Shown one piece after another: positions 29,128 through 38,379 of a DNA stretch of 39,008 bases. The position numbers and the translations under genes are program-made. This DNA is from Nitrospirota bacterium (lineage in GTDB: Bacteria > Nitrospirota > Nitrospiria > Nitrospirales > Nitrospiraceae), in contig JACPZN010000054.1 of assembly GCA_016195505.1 (NCBI GenBank), positions 1 to 39,008 on the forward strand. Reading direction: 5' to 3'. A model generated the notes under the pieces. That model saw nothing but the letters and a program-made list of their open reading frames with translations, was not told the DNA's origin and ran no database searches. Every line of letters begins with the position of its first letter. The first letter of the stretch is position 1.

Positions 29128-30618
29128 ATGGCTGTTCCGAGCCCGGTCCACAGAGAGTTTCTCCGTCGTGTTGAGCGGATTCCAGCTCATGGGCTGGGTC
29201 TTTCCATCGACGTCTATTCACCGGATCTGACCAGCTTGCTTCAAGCGCTGCAGCAACGTCAAGTGCCGCCGGCCTACCTTGAAATCTTTCGCGCCACTCC
29301 GAACACATTAGCCTTGGTCAGAAAGCAGGCCGGCAATGGCTTGCTGGCCTATCATGGCGAAGGGCTGTGGCTGACCCAGCCTGAAGCCGCTGACGATCCG
29401 TTGTTCAGACAAGAGGTCTGCGAAGTCGCGGGGCATCTTCAAACGTTGCAGAGCGCCTGGTTGAATCATGAATGTGCGACGAAATACATCTCCGGCTATT
29501 CCTACGGGACCTATCTTCCTCCGCTATATACGGAATGCAGTGCAGAGGTCGTGGCCGACAATACGATGCTGGTCCAGAATCTCCTCGATCGCCACTGTCA
29601 GCTGGCGAACGGAGAGGCACCGTTGGTGCTGCTTGAAATGGCTCCTCTCACCTACTTTGTAGCAGGTACCCTGACGATTCCAACCTTTTTCCGGCTTGTG
29701 ACCGAACAGGTGCCGTGCGGACTGGTGCTGGATGTTGGCCATCTGTGGACCGTCTTTCGCTATTCTGGAGCTTGGCGCACTAGGTCACTTGTGCAATTTG
29801 TTGATACATTCCTCGGCGAGTTCCCCTTGCAACGCGTCGTTGAGATCCACGTGGCAGGTCTCGCCATCCATGAATCGAGTTTGGCCGTTCGTTCTGAACT
29901 TATGAAAACGAGCAGTGGTGATTTTCTTCCGGTTTGGACGGATGCGCATGCAGCGCCTATCCCGCCTGTCTTGTTCGAGATGCTCGATCAGATTCTGAGC
30001 CATCCGCGGCTCACCAATCTGAAAGGACTCGCGCTGGAAGTCGATACGAAGCCAGAGGAATTGATCGTCGACGAATTTGCTCGCTTCTCTCAGCGATATG
30101 CTACGGTATTTCCCAGGAAGGCGGATGCAGGAATTTCGTGCGATCGAGGAGGGACGTCGTTTCAGAGAAAGCCTGTGTCGGCTTCGATCAGGCGTACTCT
30201 CGGAGAAGCCTACGATCGGTATGCCCGCGTGGTCGCAGGCCGAGCTAAGCCGGAAGGTCCTGAATGGAATCAACCCTCGGCCTGCACCGGTGAATTAGTG
30301 ACGTACCGATCGGTCTACCTCCCGTATGAGATTCTCCATTGGGGGGGCGAGGTGGAGGCCATGTTCCCAGAGTCTTGCCGTCGACTCACTGAAGAGGGCG
30401 TACCTCTTTCGGAATTTGTCCCTTTCTGGTTCCGCCAACCGCGGCCACTGTCTGGCTCGTACGATTTCTTTCTTTTGAAGATTGAGCGGTTTTTGGAATT
30501 TGTTCGAGAAAAAGCGCCGGAATTGGGCGGCATAGCGGAACGAGAGGCGGATGAACTTTCGCAAGCCTATCATTCTGCCAATGAGCCGGCCATTCCGGCC
30601 GTGAGTGAACTGATATGA
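29128..30618 (+). CDS. DUF692/UPF0276 multinuclear non-heme iron oxidase (MNIO) with fused C-terminal DUF2063-like domain
   Basis: GLGL, YHGEGL, LNHE, LLEM, LDVGH, EIHVAG, DAH, LEVD ligand series; C-terminal YR...MFP...F...FLEF...IAERE. Confidence 0.85.
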   Translation: MAVPSPVHREFLRRVERIPAHGLGLSIDVYSPDLTSLLQALQQRQVPPAYLEIFRATPNTLALVRKQAGNGLLAYHGEGLWLTQPEAADDPLFRQEVCEVAGHLQTLQSAWLNHECATKYISGYSYGTYLPPLYTECSAEVVADNTMLVQNLLDRHCQLANGEAPLVLLEMAPLTYFVAGTLTIPTFFRLVTEQVPCGLVLDVGHLWTVFRYSGAWRTRSLVQFVDTFLGEFPLQRVVEIHVAGLAIHESSLAVRSELMKTSSGDFLPVWTDAHAAPIPPVLFEMLDQILSHPRLTNLKGLALEVDTKPEELIVDEFARFSQRYATVFPRKADAGISCDRGGTSFQRKPVSASIRRTLGEAYDRYARVVAGRAKPEGPEWNQPSACTGELVTYRSVYLPYEILHWGGEVEAMFPESCRRLTEEGVPLSEFVPFWFRQPRPLSGSYDFFLLKIERFLEFVREKAPELGGIAEREADELSQAYHSANEPAIPAVSELI

Positions 30619-31787
30619 GTTTTTGGTCCAGCCTCCCACGTCCCATCATCGGTCTGTCGCCTATGGACGGTGTGACCGATGCCAGTTTCCGGTCCATTAT
30701 TGCGCGCCAGGGAAAGCCGGACGTGACGTTCACAGAGTTTACGCATGTTCATGATGTGTGTCGCGGGCCAGAGATTCTCTTGGAGACTCTCATCTACAGC
30801 GAGATCGAACGCCCGATGGTCGCGCAGTTCTATGGGAAGGATCCGGACCTGTTTTATCAAGCGGCCCACGCGGCTTGCGAGCTGGGCTTTGATGGGCTGG
30901 ACATCAACATGGGATGTCCAGCGAAGAACGTGGCGTCGTCCGGATCAGGCGCAGCTCTCATCAAGACGCCTCATTTGGCGCACGCCATCATTCAGGCCAC
31001 CAGGCGCGGAATCGAAGATTGGGCAGGCGGACAGACGCTGGAGCAAGCCGGCTTCAAGCCTGCCAGGATTGCGGCGTTTCAGCGGCTCAACGAACAGCGT
31101 CGGGGCCGGAGTCTCTCGGTTCGGCGTCCGTTGCCTATCTCCGTGAAAACCCGCCTCGGCTACGATTCGGTGATGGTGGAAGGTTGGGTCGAACATTTGT
31201 TGCGGGAACAGCCGACGGTCATTTCACTCCACGGACGAACGCTTCAGCAGATGTATCGAGGTGCGGCGGATTGGTCGGCTATTGCGCGGGCTGCAGCGCT
31301 GGCGAAAGCAACCGGAACGCTGTTATTGGGGAATGGCGATGTCCAGAGTCTTGATGAAGTCGTGGTGCGTGTCCGTGAGACCGGTGTAGATGGAGTGTTG
31401 GTAGGACGGGCCGTTCTAGGCGCGCCATGGTTTTTCCGTTCAAAAGAACAGGCCCGCAGACTCGCCTTCAAGCCGAACGGCAGCGGGATGGAATCATGTG
31501 CCGACGAGGCGATCTCGCTCGATCAACGCTTCGCCGTCCTGCTGGATCATGCGCGACAATTTCAGGGGCTCTATGGCCAAGGCCAATTTCACCGCATGCG
31601 TAAGCATTTGGGCTGGTACTGCAAAGCATTTCCACATGCCGCTGCGCTTCGCGCACGGCTGTTTCGCGTGTCCTCCGTCGACGAGTTGGAGACGGTCATT
31701 GCCGACTATCGAACGGATAGAATTGTGGACTCGGTCCAAACCGAGTCCGTCGATGATGCAAGCACGCTGACGTCACGATGCAGCTAG
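30615..31787 (+). CDS. dus: tRNA-dihydrouridine synthase family protein
   Basis: SPMDGVTD, DINMGCP, VKTRLG, LHGRT, GNGDV, MRKHLGWY. Confidence 0.93.
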   Translation: MSFWSSLPRPIIGLSPMDGVTDASFRSIIARQGKPDVTFTEFTHVHDVCRGPEILLETLIYSEIERPMVAQFYGKDPDLFYQAAHAACELGFDGLDINMGCPAKNVASSGSGAALIKTPHLAHAIIQATRRGIEDWAGGQTLEQAGFKPARIAAFQRLNEQRRGRSLSVRRPLPISVKTRLGYDSVMVEGWVEHLLREQPTVISLHGRTLQQMYRGAADWSAIARAAALAKATGTLLLGNGDVQSLDEVVVRVRETGVDGVLVGRAVLGAPWFFRSKEQARRLAFKPNGSGMESCADEAISLDQRFAVLLDHARQFQGLYGQGQFHRMRKHLGWYCKAFPHAAALRARLFRVSSVDELETVIADYRTDRIVDSVQTESVDDASTLTSRCS

Positions 31788-32410
31788 TGCTGGCCTCGAC
31801 CTCGCCCCGCCGCCGCGAACTCCTTGCGCTCCTGGGGGTTTCCTTCGACGTGTGCTCTCCGACCTTCGAAGAGCAACCGATGGCAGGCCTCTCGCCTCTT
31901 GAACAGGTTTCACGCTTTGCTCTCGGAAAGGCGCGATCTCTGGCGCAGGCGCGGCCACAGGATCTGGTGCTTGGCAGCGACACGGTCATCGAATTAGATG
32001 GTGGGCTGTTGGGCAAGCCGCTCGACCTTCGAGATGCGCATGCCATGCTCACTCGCCTGGCGGGGCGACCGCATCAAGTCCACACCGCGGTGGCTCTGTG
32101 TAGTCAGGCAAAGGCGATCGAATCTGTCGAAGTTGCGACCGCGACGGTGCATATGAAGATGGATATCGATCAAGCGATTGAGCGCTATCTCGCAACCAAC
32201 GAATCATTGGGAAAGGCCGGAGCCTATTCGATTCAGGGAGCGGGTGGTGACTTAATTGAGCGCATTGATGGCGATTTTACGGCGGTAGTCGGGCTGCCGG
32301 TGAAGATGGTCGCCCGCCTTCTTCTGTCCGCTGGCTACCCTGTCGAACAGGATGTTGAGGTCCTGTATCATCGAAAGCCTTACCCTAACTGGAGTCGGTT
32401 CGCGTCTTGA
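31778..32410 (+). CDS. maf: Maf/YhdE nucleoside triphosphate pyrophosphatase
   Basis: LASTSPRRRELL, GSDTV, GKP, KAGAYSIQG, VVGLP. Confidence 0.94.
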   Translation: MQLVLASTSPRRRELLALLGVSFDVCSPTFEEQPMAGLSPLEQVSRFALGKARSLAQARPQDLVLGSDTVIELDGGLLGKPLDLRDAHAMLTRLAGRPHQVHTAVALCSQAKAIESVEVATATVHMKMDIDQAIERYLATNESLGKAGAYSIQGAGGDLIERIDGDFTAVVGLPVKMVARLLLSAGYPVEQDVEVLYHRKPYPNWSRFAS

Positions 32411-32478
32411 TTGCAAAAAGGGGGACGGTTCCCCTACAATGCGCCCGTTTATTCGTCATTTTGTCTATGGAGGACGTC

Positions 32479-33132
32479 ATGGCCTCTCAGGGAATCACCA
32501 AAGCCTGGGGAGTGGTTGGCCTGGTCGGGGTCTTTACCATGGGGGTCTGTTCGGCATGGGCTATCGATGTGAAACTCACTGCGGAAGACGCCCAAAAAGC
32601 GCTTGAGGTCGGACGAGCTCCTATGGAAAAAGCCAACTCCCCGGAAGAGGTGAAGAAGGTCCTTCAGCAGGCATCCTTGGTTACCCGCGTCGGAGCTGAC
32701 CCAGAAAAAGATCCTTGCGGCGCAAGCGCGATTCTTCGCACCAAACGCTATCGGCTGGAAGCCTTCGGTCGTCAAGAGGCGGCGGAGTCCAAGAAGCGAA
32801 AGATCGATGTGCGCATGCCCGAAGAGTTCATTAAGAAAGTCATGGGCATGCCCAATATGGAGATCGAGGTCCAGTTGTGCGGCGATGACGAATATTTTGC
32901 CGAAGGGGCCGTGATTGAATTGCAGCAAGGATCAAAGAGGATCAAACCCATCGATATCGGTAAGGCCGAACGCGGGAGAAAAAACGAAGGTAACGGCCCA
33001 GCCTTCCGCTCCCGCTTCACCGCACTCTTTGCGTACGAACAGTTCGATCCTACTGCGGCATCAGTATTTGTCGTGAACCTTCAGGACGGGCAAGAGGCAA
33101 AGATCCCGGCCGACTTCTCCAAAGTGAAGTAG
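32479..33132 (+). CDS. Exported hypothetical protein
   Basis: RBS GGAGG; Sec signal peptide ending AWA; two Cys in the mature region. Confidence 0.75.
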   Translation: MASQGITKAWGVVGLVGVFTMGVCSAWAIDVKLTAEDAQKALEVGRAPMEKANSPEEVKKVLQQASLVTRVGADPEKDPCGASAILRTKRYRLEAFGRQEAAESKKRKIDVRMPEEFIKKVMGMPNMEIEVQLCGDDEYFAEGAVIELQQGSKRIKPIDIGKAERGRKNEGNGPAFRSRFTALFAYEQFDPTAASVFVVNLQDGQEAKIPADFSKVK

Positions 33133-33173
33133 GCCTGACGGCCGATCATATCGGTTGTCAGAATGCCAGCAGC

Positions 33174-34655
33174 TCAACCCCAGGCGTTCTTGCCTCGCTT
33201 CAACAAACTTTTCAGCAGCGGTTTCATGGTCTTGCGAACGGTCTCACGTCGCTGACGCTGGCGTTCGACCATGCGTCCGGCCACAAACCCGGCACGGACA
33301 CTGGTCGACTGCTTGAGGAAGGCGCGAATGTAGACTTCCGCTTGGAGGGCGTCTTGGTATATCCCCAGGAGGTCTTGAACTGCTTGCGCCCGCTTCATGA
33401 AACGGGCGGCGGGCTTGCCGACCGCCCCGACCGCAAGTTCAGCGGCATAGCGCGCGCGTTTCGTGTTGATTCGGACTTCATGGAGCTTGGCATGATTCGG
33501 CGACGGACCCATGCGGCGAATCACTTTACGCAGTTTCTTGAACGCTCGCTTCGCAAGCTCATGCAAAGTCACGGGGGATTCCACCACAGACGGATCAGAC
33601 GCGGCCTGCTGCAGTCGCCGGACGAGTTCGAGATACCGCGCACCCCTGAGCTCACTGAGCACGACCTGTTGCACGCGTTCCCGCTGGGTCTGCAGATGCG
33701 TCACGAATTTTGCCAACGGCTTGCGGTCGCGCGCATCCAAGCCGGCAGCTTCTTCATTGAAGTAGGCGATTTGGACGTCAAGATCACGTGCCTGGCCCAG
33801 GAACTTGCTGAGCCAGGTCAATTCGTTTTGCAGCGAGTTCGCCCATTCGGGCACGAGGACCGGCCGGGCTGCGCGAAGCACCGCACGCAACCGTCTCGTC
33901 GCCACGCGCATCTGATGCAGACTCTCGCTCTCTGTGCCCAGCCTGGTACCAGGGTCGTGGGCCAGGAGCCAGCGGACATGCCGCGTCAGCGCCCACTTCA
34001 AATGGTCGACCACGGGCGCGTTGGGGGCCGGCGCCGCGGCTGGCGTCGGAGCAGGAAGGCAAAGCGCGCGAAACAATTTGGGCCGTCCGTCGTGATCGGA
34101 CGCGCCGGCCTCCCGCAAGCGTTGTTCGAGCGAGCGAAGCGAGCCGTCATCGCCTTGCAGCAATTCAATCTCTAGCTCCCGAAATCGTTGAATCACACAA
34201 GCCTCTTTCACGACCGACACTGAGTCAAGTGCGACGTCGGCCACAGGGACGCGCCCGCGGCGGACGCGCACGCCGGTGCGCCACACTCTCAGCGTAGTCA
34301 CAGGCATCAGTTTGCGGTGGCCCAACGAGAGCACGAGCAGCTCGCGCAACGGAGCCGGCGGGCCGGCTTGTCCATCGGGAATTTCGATCTCCTGCCGGTC
34401 CGGGCCCAACGGAACTTTGAGCTGCCAGGCCCGCTTACCCCGTTCGACCCGATAGCGAAGCGTGATTCGAGCATGGGCCAGGTCGTAGAAGGCTGTGTCG
34501 TAATAGGTGGACGTCAGCGCTCGCTTGGGCAACGGGGTTCCAGTCAGTCGAGGAAGGCGGAAATGGGAGTCGACGCTCAGCTTCAGCTCGCGCTCGACCG
34601 TGGAAGATGGGATGCGGGACAGAATAGGAGGAGGCGATTTGGACCGAGTCATCAT
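33174..34655 (-). CDS. CYTH plus CHAD domain protein (triphosphate tunnel enzyme/polyphosphate binding)
   Basis: ERELK, YYDT, ELEIEL, LHQMRVATRRLR, LHEVRINTKRARY. Confidence 0.9.
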   Translation of the reverse strand: MMTRSKSPPPILSRIPSSTVERELKLSVDSHFRLPRLTGTPLPKRALTSTYYDTAFYDLAHARITLRYRVERGKRAWQLKVPLGPDRQEIEIPDGQAGPPAPLRELLVLSLGHRKLMPVTTLRVWRTGVRVRRGRVPVADVALDSVSVVKEACVIQRFRELEIELLQGDDGSLRSLEQRLREAGASDHDGRPKLFRALCLPAPTPAAAPAPNAPVVDHLKWALTRHVRWLLAHDPGTRLGTESESLHQMRVATRRLRAVLRAARPVLVPEWANSLQNELTWLSKFLGQARDLDVQIAYFNEEAAGLDARDRKPLAKFVTHLQTQRERVQQVVLSELRGARYLELVRRLQQAASDPSVVESPVTLHELAKRAFKKLRKVIRRMGPSPNHAKLHEVRINTKRARYAAELAVGAVGKPAARFMKRAQAVQDLLGIYQDALQAEVYIRAFLKQSTSVRAGFVAGRMVERQRQRRETVRKTMKPLLKSLLKRGKNAWG

Positions 34656-34791
34656 GAAATCCCGTACGCGGATCAAGACCAATCTCAAAATGATAACCGA
34701 TTTTTACGGGGATGTCGCAACCGAGCAGAAAGAACCTTGTTGAGACGGCCGAAAGTCCAATTAGAAATGGTGGGCCAGTCCGGCCACAGCG

Positions 34792-35322
34792 TTGAACGCC
34801 CTGTACTCGCCGCTCAGGCTGTACACATTATCGAGAATGGTGATCGTGGCGCTCAAAGAGGCCGGGGAATATACCAAAGCTGTAGTCCTATTCGACGTAC
34901 TGGCTGACCAGGAATCCTGGGCTATCAAGGCGTTGGCGCAGAAGGGGCTCTGCCTGGAAGCGATCGGGCGCTATGACGATGCCTTAGCGACGATACGGGC
35001 TGCCTTAGGCCGGCGGTCGGCGACTCAAGAGGAGAGCGTCTCATTACGATATTTACTGGCCCGAACCCTGGAGGCCAAAAGGGGATACGACAAAGCCGTG
35101 GAGGTATATCGAACGTTGGAACGCGAGCAGCACAGGTACCGCGATGTATCGGCTCGCCTTGCTCGACTGAATCAAACTGAACAGAGTGGTCGAGGAAAAA
35201 GCGATAAAGAAATCACAAGGTTGGGGGCATTTTGGCGAGGGTGGGGACAACTCTTGCGAGGGACTTACGGACACGGATCATCCGCCGCTGGGACAAACAC
35301 GCACGTAAACACTGATCGGTAG
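34792..35322 (+). CDS. Tetratricopeptide-repeat protein, start uncertain
   Basis: TPR-like helices: KGLCLEAIGRYDDA, RYLLARTLE...AVEVY, YRDVSARL. Confidence 0.65.
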   Translation: MNALYSPLRLYTLSRMVIVALKEAGEYTKAVVLFDVLADQESWAIKALAQKGLCLEAIGRYDDALATIRAALGRRSATQEESVSLRYLLARTLEAKRGYDKAVEVYRTLEREQHRYRDVSARLARLNQTEQSGRGKSDKEITRLGAFWRGWGQLLRGTYGHGSSAAGTNTHVNTDR

Positions 35323-35437
35323 TAGTGTTTGCGAATCAGATTACAACTTAATTTCCGTGAAGCCTTGCGGCAGAGTCGTGCAGATCGTGGCGAGGTAACA
35401 ACTTTATTAGGCTTGTATCGCAAATGACAGCTTAAAG

Positions 35438-35450
35438 AATCAACCACTTG
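35438..35450 (+). promoter_or_regulatory. IHF-consensus site
   Basis: AATCAACCACTTG equals WATCAANNNNTTR, in an AT-rich intergenic stretch. Confidence 0.4.
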
Positions 35451-35518
35451 TCAACTGGTGAAAATACAACTTTTTTGCACATTCACATCGATGAGATCGT
35501 GCCCGTTCGTAATTGCCC

Positions 35519-37249
35519 TCATACGGTCGGCTCATGGAGGCGGATCGTATGGAGATAGTGATACAAGCCTTTCCGCTCCATCAGCTGAGCGTGGGTGCCT
35601 TCCTCTACGAGTTTGCCTTTGTCCAGGACCAGAATGCGATCGGCGCGTTGAATGGTCGAGAGCCGGTGGGCGACGACGAAGGTCGTCCGTCCCTCCATCA
35701 AACGTTCCAATGCTTCCTGAACGAGTCGTTCCGATTCAGTATCGAGCGATGACGTGGCTTCATCTAGCAACAAGATGCGTGGATTCTTAAGAATGGCCCG
35801 TGCAATCGCGATGCGTTGGCGCTGTCCACCTGAGAGATTGATCCCCTTCTCCCCCACCACGGTTCGATAGCCGTCAGGAAGCTCTGTGATGAAGTCATGG
35901 GCATGAGCTGCTGTGCTTGCCTCCTGCACGGCTGATTCGCTCGCGTCCAAATTCCCGTAGCGAATATTGTCGAAGATCGTTCCTCCAAACAAGATTGTTT
36001 CCTGCGGGACGAGTGCAACCTGCCGGTACCAACTCTCGACCGTGACCTGACGCAGATCATGACCGTCGATTGTGAGACGACCTTCAGTAGGATCGTAGAA
36101 CCGGTGGAGCAGATTAACCACAGTAGTTTTGCCGGCACCGGTGGGTCCGACAAAGGCGATCACCTCGCCGGGCTTGGCCTCAAACGACAGATTCGATAAC
36201 ACCGGATGGCGAGGATCGTAGGCGAAGCTGACATTTTCCACGCGCATGTGACCGGCAACCGTCGAGAGAATGTGCGCATCAGGCCGATCGTGGATCTCCG
36301 GTTGCGCATCGAGAATTTCGAAGACCCGCTGCATCGCACCCTGTGCTTCTTTGATCTGCGCAAACACGCGGGCTGCCGAGCTGAAGGGGCCGATCAAGAT
36401 ACCGGCGAACAAGACGAAGGCAAAGAGATCGCCTGGCGTCACAGTGCCCTCGATGACCTGCCGGCCTCCGTACCAGAGGACGGTGGCTGCGGCTGAAAAA
36501 GTGAGCAGGCTGATCACTGGTATGAAGACGGCCATGATTCCGGCTCGGCGTAGCGTGAGATGGAGAGTCTGGTCCACCTGGGCGGCGAAGCGCGCTTCTT
36601 CCCGTTTGGTCTGGACGAACGATTTGACGATGCGAATGCCGGAAATCACTTCTTCGACCAACGTGCTAAGCGCGGCTGTTTGGTCTTGAATCGATGTCGA
36701 GAGGGATTTGAGTTTTCGCCCGAACAATTTGGCGACCAGGACCAGCAAGGGGAGGAGGATCAAGATCAAAAGGCAAAGCCGCCAATTCATTGCGAGGAGA
36801 AACGCGATGCCACCGACAAACGTGACGAGCTGTTTGGCGCTGTCGATCGGGGTTTCTGTGACGACGGATTGAATGACCGTGACGTCGTTCATCAGTCGCG
36901 AGAGCAGTTCCCCGGTGCGGCGTCTTGCGAAAAAACTGACGGTCAACGTTTGCAAATGGCCGAACAGGTGTCTGCGAAAATCGGCGACGATGCGCTGAGA
37001 CACCCAGGCTGTCAGATAACTATGACCCATTGAGCAGAGCCCTTGTAGGAGCACCAGCCCGAGGAACAGACCGATCAACTCTGTCATCAGCGAGCCATCG
37101 TGTTGGACGGTGATGACATCCCAGAGGGTGCCGGCCAGGCGGAGCAGGGCCAGATTGATGGCCGCCACGCCCATGACCAGCAGGCCTGCCAGCCCCATAC
37201 GTGCCAGGTAGGGTTGGATAAACGGCTGAAAGCGTTTGAAGATCAGCAT
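35519..37249 (-). CDS. ABC exporter, fused permease/ATPase (MsbA-like)
   Basis: TM domain, GPTGAGKT, LSGGQRQR, LLLDEATSSLD, AHRLST. Confidence 0.95.
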   Translation of the reverse strand: MLIFKRFQPFIQPYLARMGLAGLLVMGVAAINLALLRLAGTLWDVITVQHDGSLMTELIGLFLGLVLLQGLCSMGHSYLTAWVSQRIVADFRRHLFGHLQTLTVSFFARRRTGELLSRLMNDVTVIQSVVTETPIDSAKQLVTFVGGIAFLLAMNWRLCLLILILLPLLVLVAKLFGRKLKSLSTSIQDQTAALSTLVEEVISGIRIVKSFVQTKREEARFAAQVDQTLHLTLRRAGIMAVFIPVISLLTFSAAATVLWYGGRQVIEGTVTPGDLFAFVLFAGILIGPFSSAARVFAQIKEAQGAMQRVFEILDAQPEIHDRPDAHILSTVAGHMRVENVSFAYDPRHPVLSNLSFEAKPGEVIAFVGPTGAGKTTVVNLLHRFYDPTEGRLTIDGHDLRQVTVESWYRQVALVPQETILFGGTIFDNIRYGNLDASESAVQEASTAAHAHDFITELPDGYRTVVGEKGINLSGGQRQRIAIARAILKNPRILLLDEATSSLDTESERLVQEALERLMEGRTTFVVAHRLSTIQRADRILVLDKGKLVEEGTHAQLMERKGLYHYLHTIRLHEPTV

Positions 37250-37352
37250 CACAGGCAAAGAGAAGTAGCCGGAGCGAAGGACATCCGACCTTGGTTAAGG
37301 ATCACATGAGAAAAAGTCGGAGTGACGAAAAAGGCGGGGCACTCGATAACAG

Positions 37353-37571
37353 CTAGAGCTGGGCGATCGACTCAATGAGGTTCTTATTGATCGCCACGAA
37401 ATCCGACCGGTCTGTGTCGTTGATCACGACATCAGTCAGGCTAATGAAAAGGCGTGCCTCTTCGTTAATTGCGTCGGAGACGCGATTGCGCATCGGAGGA
37501 ATCAGGAAGTCCCCCACGTAGGTACAATTCACTGTACGAACGCGGATGCGAACCTTCTTGCCCTCGGGCAC
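37353..37571 (-). CDS. Small conserved hypothetical protein (DUF6812-like)
   Basis: GTG start with RBS GAGGAG; RVSDAIN...FISLTDV...FVAINK pattern. Confidence 0.75.
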   Translation of the reverse strand: MPEGKKVRIRVRTVNCTYVGDFLIPPMRNRVSDAINEEARLFISLTDVVINDTDRSDFVAINKNLIESIAQL

Positions 37572-37601
37572 GATCTCCTCCCTCCCCGACGCGGGCTGAG
37601 C

Positions 37602-37697
37602 TTAGCTTTTACGGCGAAGGAATTTTTGACGCTGGCGCAGCTTCTTGTACTTGTGCTTGCGCATTTTCTTTCGGCGTTTTTTCAACACGCTCGACAT
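37602..37697 (-). CDS. 31-aa basic AURKAIP1/COX24-domain protein (bS22/mS38-like ribosomal protein)
   Basis: MSSVLKKRRKKMRKHKYKKLRQRQKFLRRKS*; RBS AGGAG; below the ORF-track cutoff. Confidence 0.9.
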   Translation of the reverse strand: MSSVLKKRRKKMRKHKYKKLRQRQKFLRRKS

Positions 37698-37845
37698 ACT
37701 TCGTCTCTCCTAGGGGGCGGAGTCTAGAAGTTTTTGGCTGAAAATGCAAGCTCACAGCGGAGATGCCGCCTTGCACGCTTTCGGCACGGATACGCCTGGA
37801 GCGTCTCTTGACCCCGTATTCGCTGCCTTCCTATACTGCACAAGC

Positions 37846-38367
37846 ATGTTTCAGAAGAAGGCGCGTGCCATTTGTTCGTCATCATCGTTCGTCGGTTGGC
37901 TGGTATTGCTTGCCATCTTTGTGGGTGCCTGTTCGTCCAAGGTAGTTCAGTACCCGGCAGACCATGAGCGCATCCGCCGTATAGATCGGGCGATCGAATC
38001 ATTGCGGGACGCCTACCAACAAAAAAACCGCTCCGGTTTTCAGTCGGTGATGTTGCCGCTGGATCAGCTTGAACACCTTCAGCGTGAGGCTGAGGCCGAC
38101 TTCGACATCTTTCATACGATCTCTCTCGAATTCAAAGTCGAACGGATTATGATCGAAGGCGACGATATCGATGTGTACGTCCATTGGCAAGGTGTGTGGA
38201 AAAAGGCCGCCGATGATGTGGGGATGGGGCAGCGTGGCCACGCGCGATTGCAGTGGGTCGGGACACATTCGATTCTTCTCCGCGGTGTCCAAGGAGATCT
38301 GCCGTTCGGAATGAAAACTAGGCAAACGTTGTCCGAAGCTCCTCCACCTCAGGCCAAACCACAATAA
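37846..38367 (+). CDS. Hypothetical lipoprotein (possible NTF2-like fold)
   Basis: Hydrophobic signal with lipobox-like FVGAC; start inferred. Confidence 0.7.
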   Translation: MFQKKARAICSSSSFVGWLVLLAIFVGACSSKVVQYPADHERIRRIDRAIESLRDAYQQKNRSGFQSVMLPLDQLEHLQREAEADFDIFHTISLEFKVERIMIEGDDIDVYVHWQGVWKKAADDVGMGQRGHARLQWVGTHSILLRGVQGDLPFGMKTRQTLSEAPPPQAKPQ

Positions 38368-38379
38368 ACGACGACGTCG

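Noticed and set aside
9392..34175. Long antisense ORFs (9392..10180, 12058..12696, 18126..18884, 33342..34175)
   Set aside because: Each lies opposite a well-supported gene and shows no recognisable motifs, as expected for shadow ORFs in GC-rich DNA.
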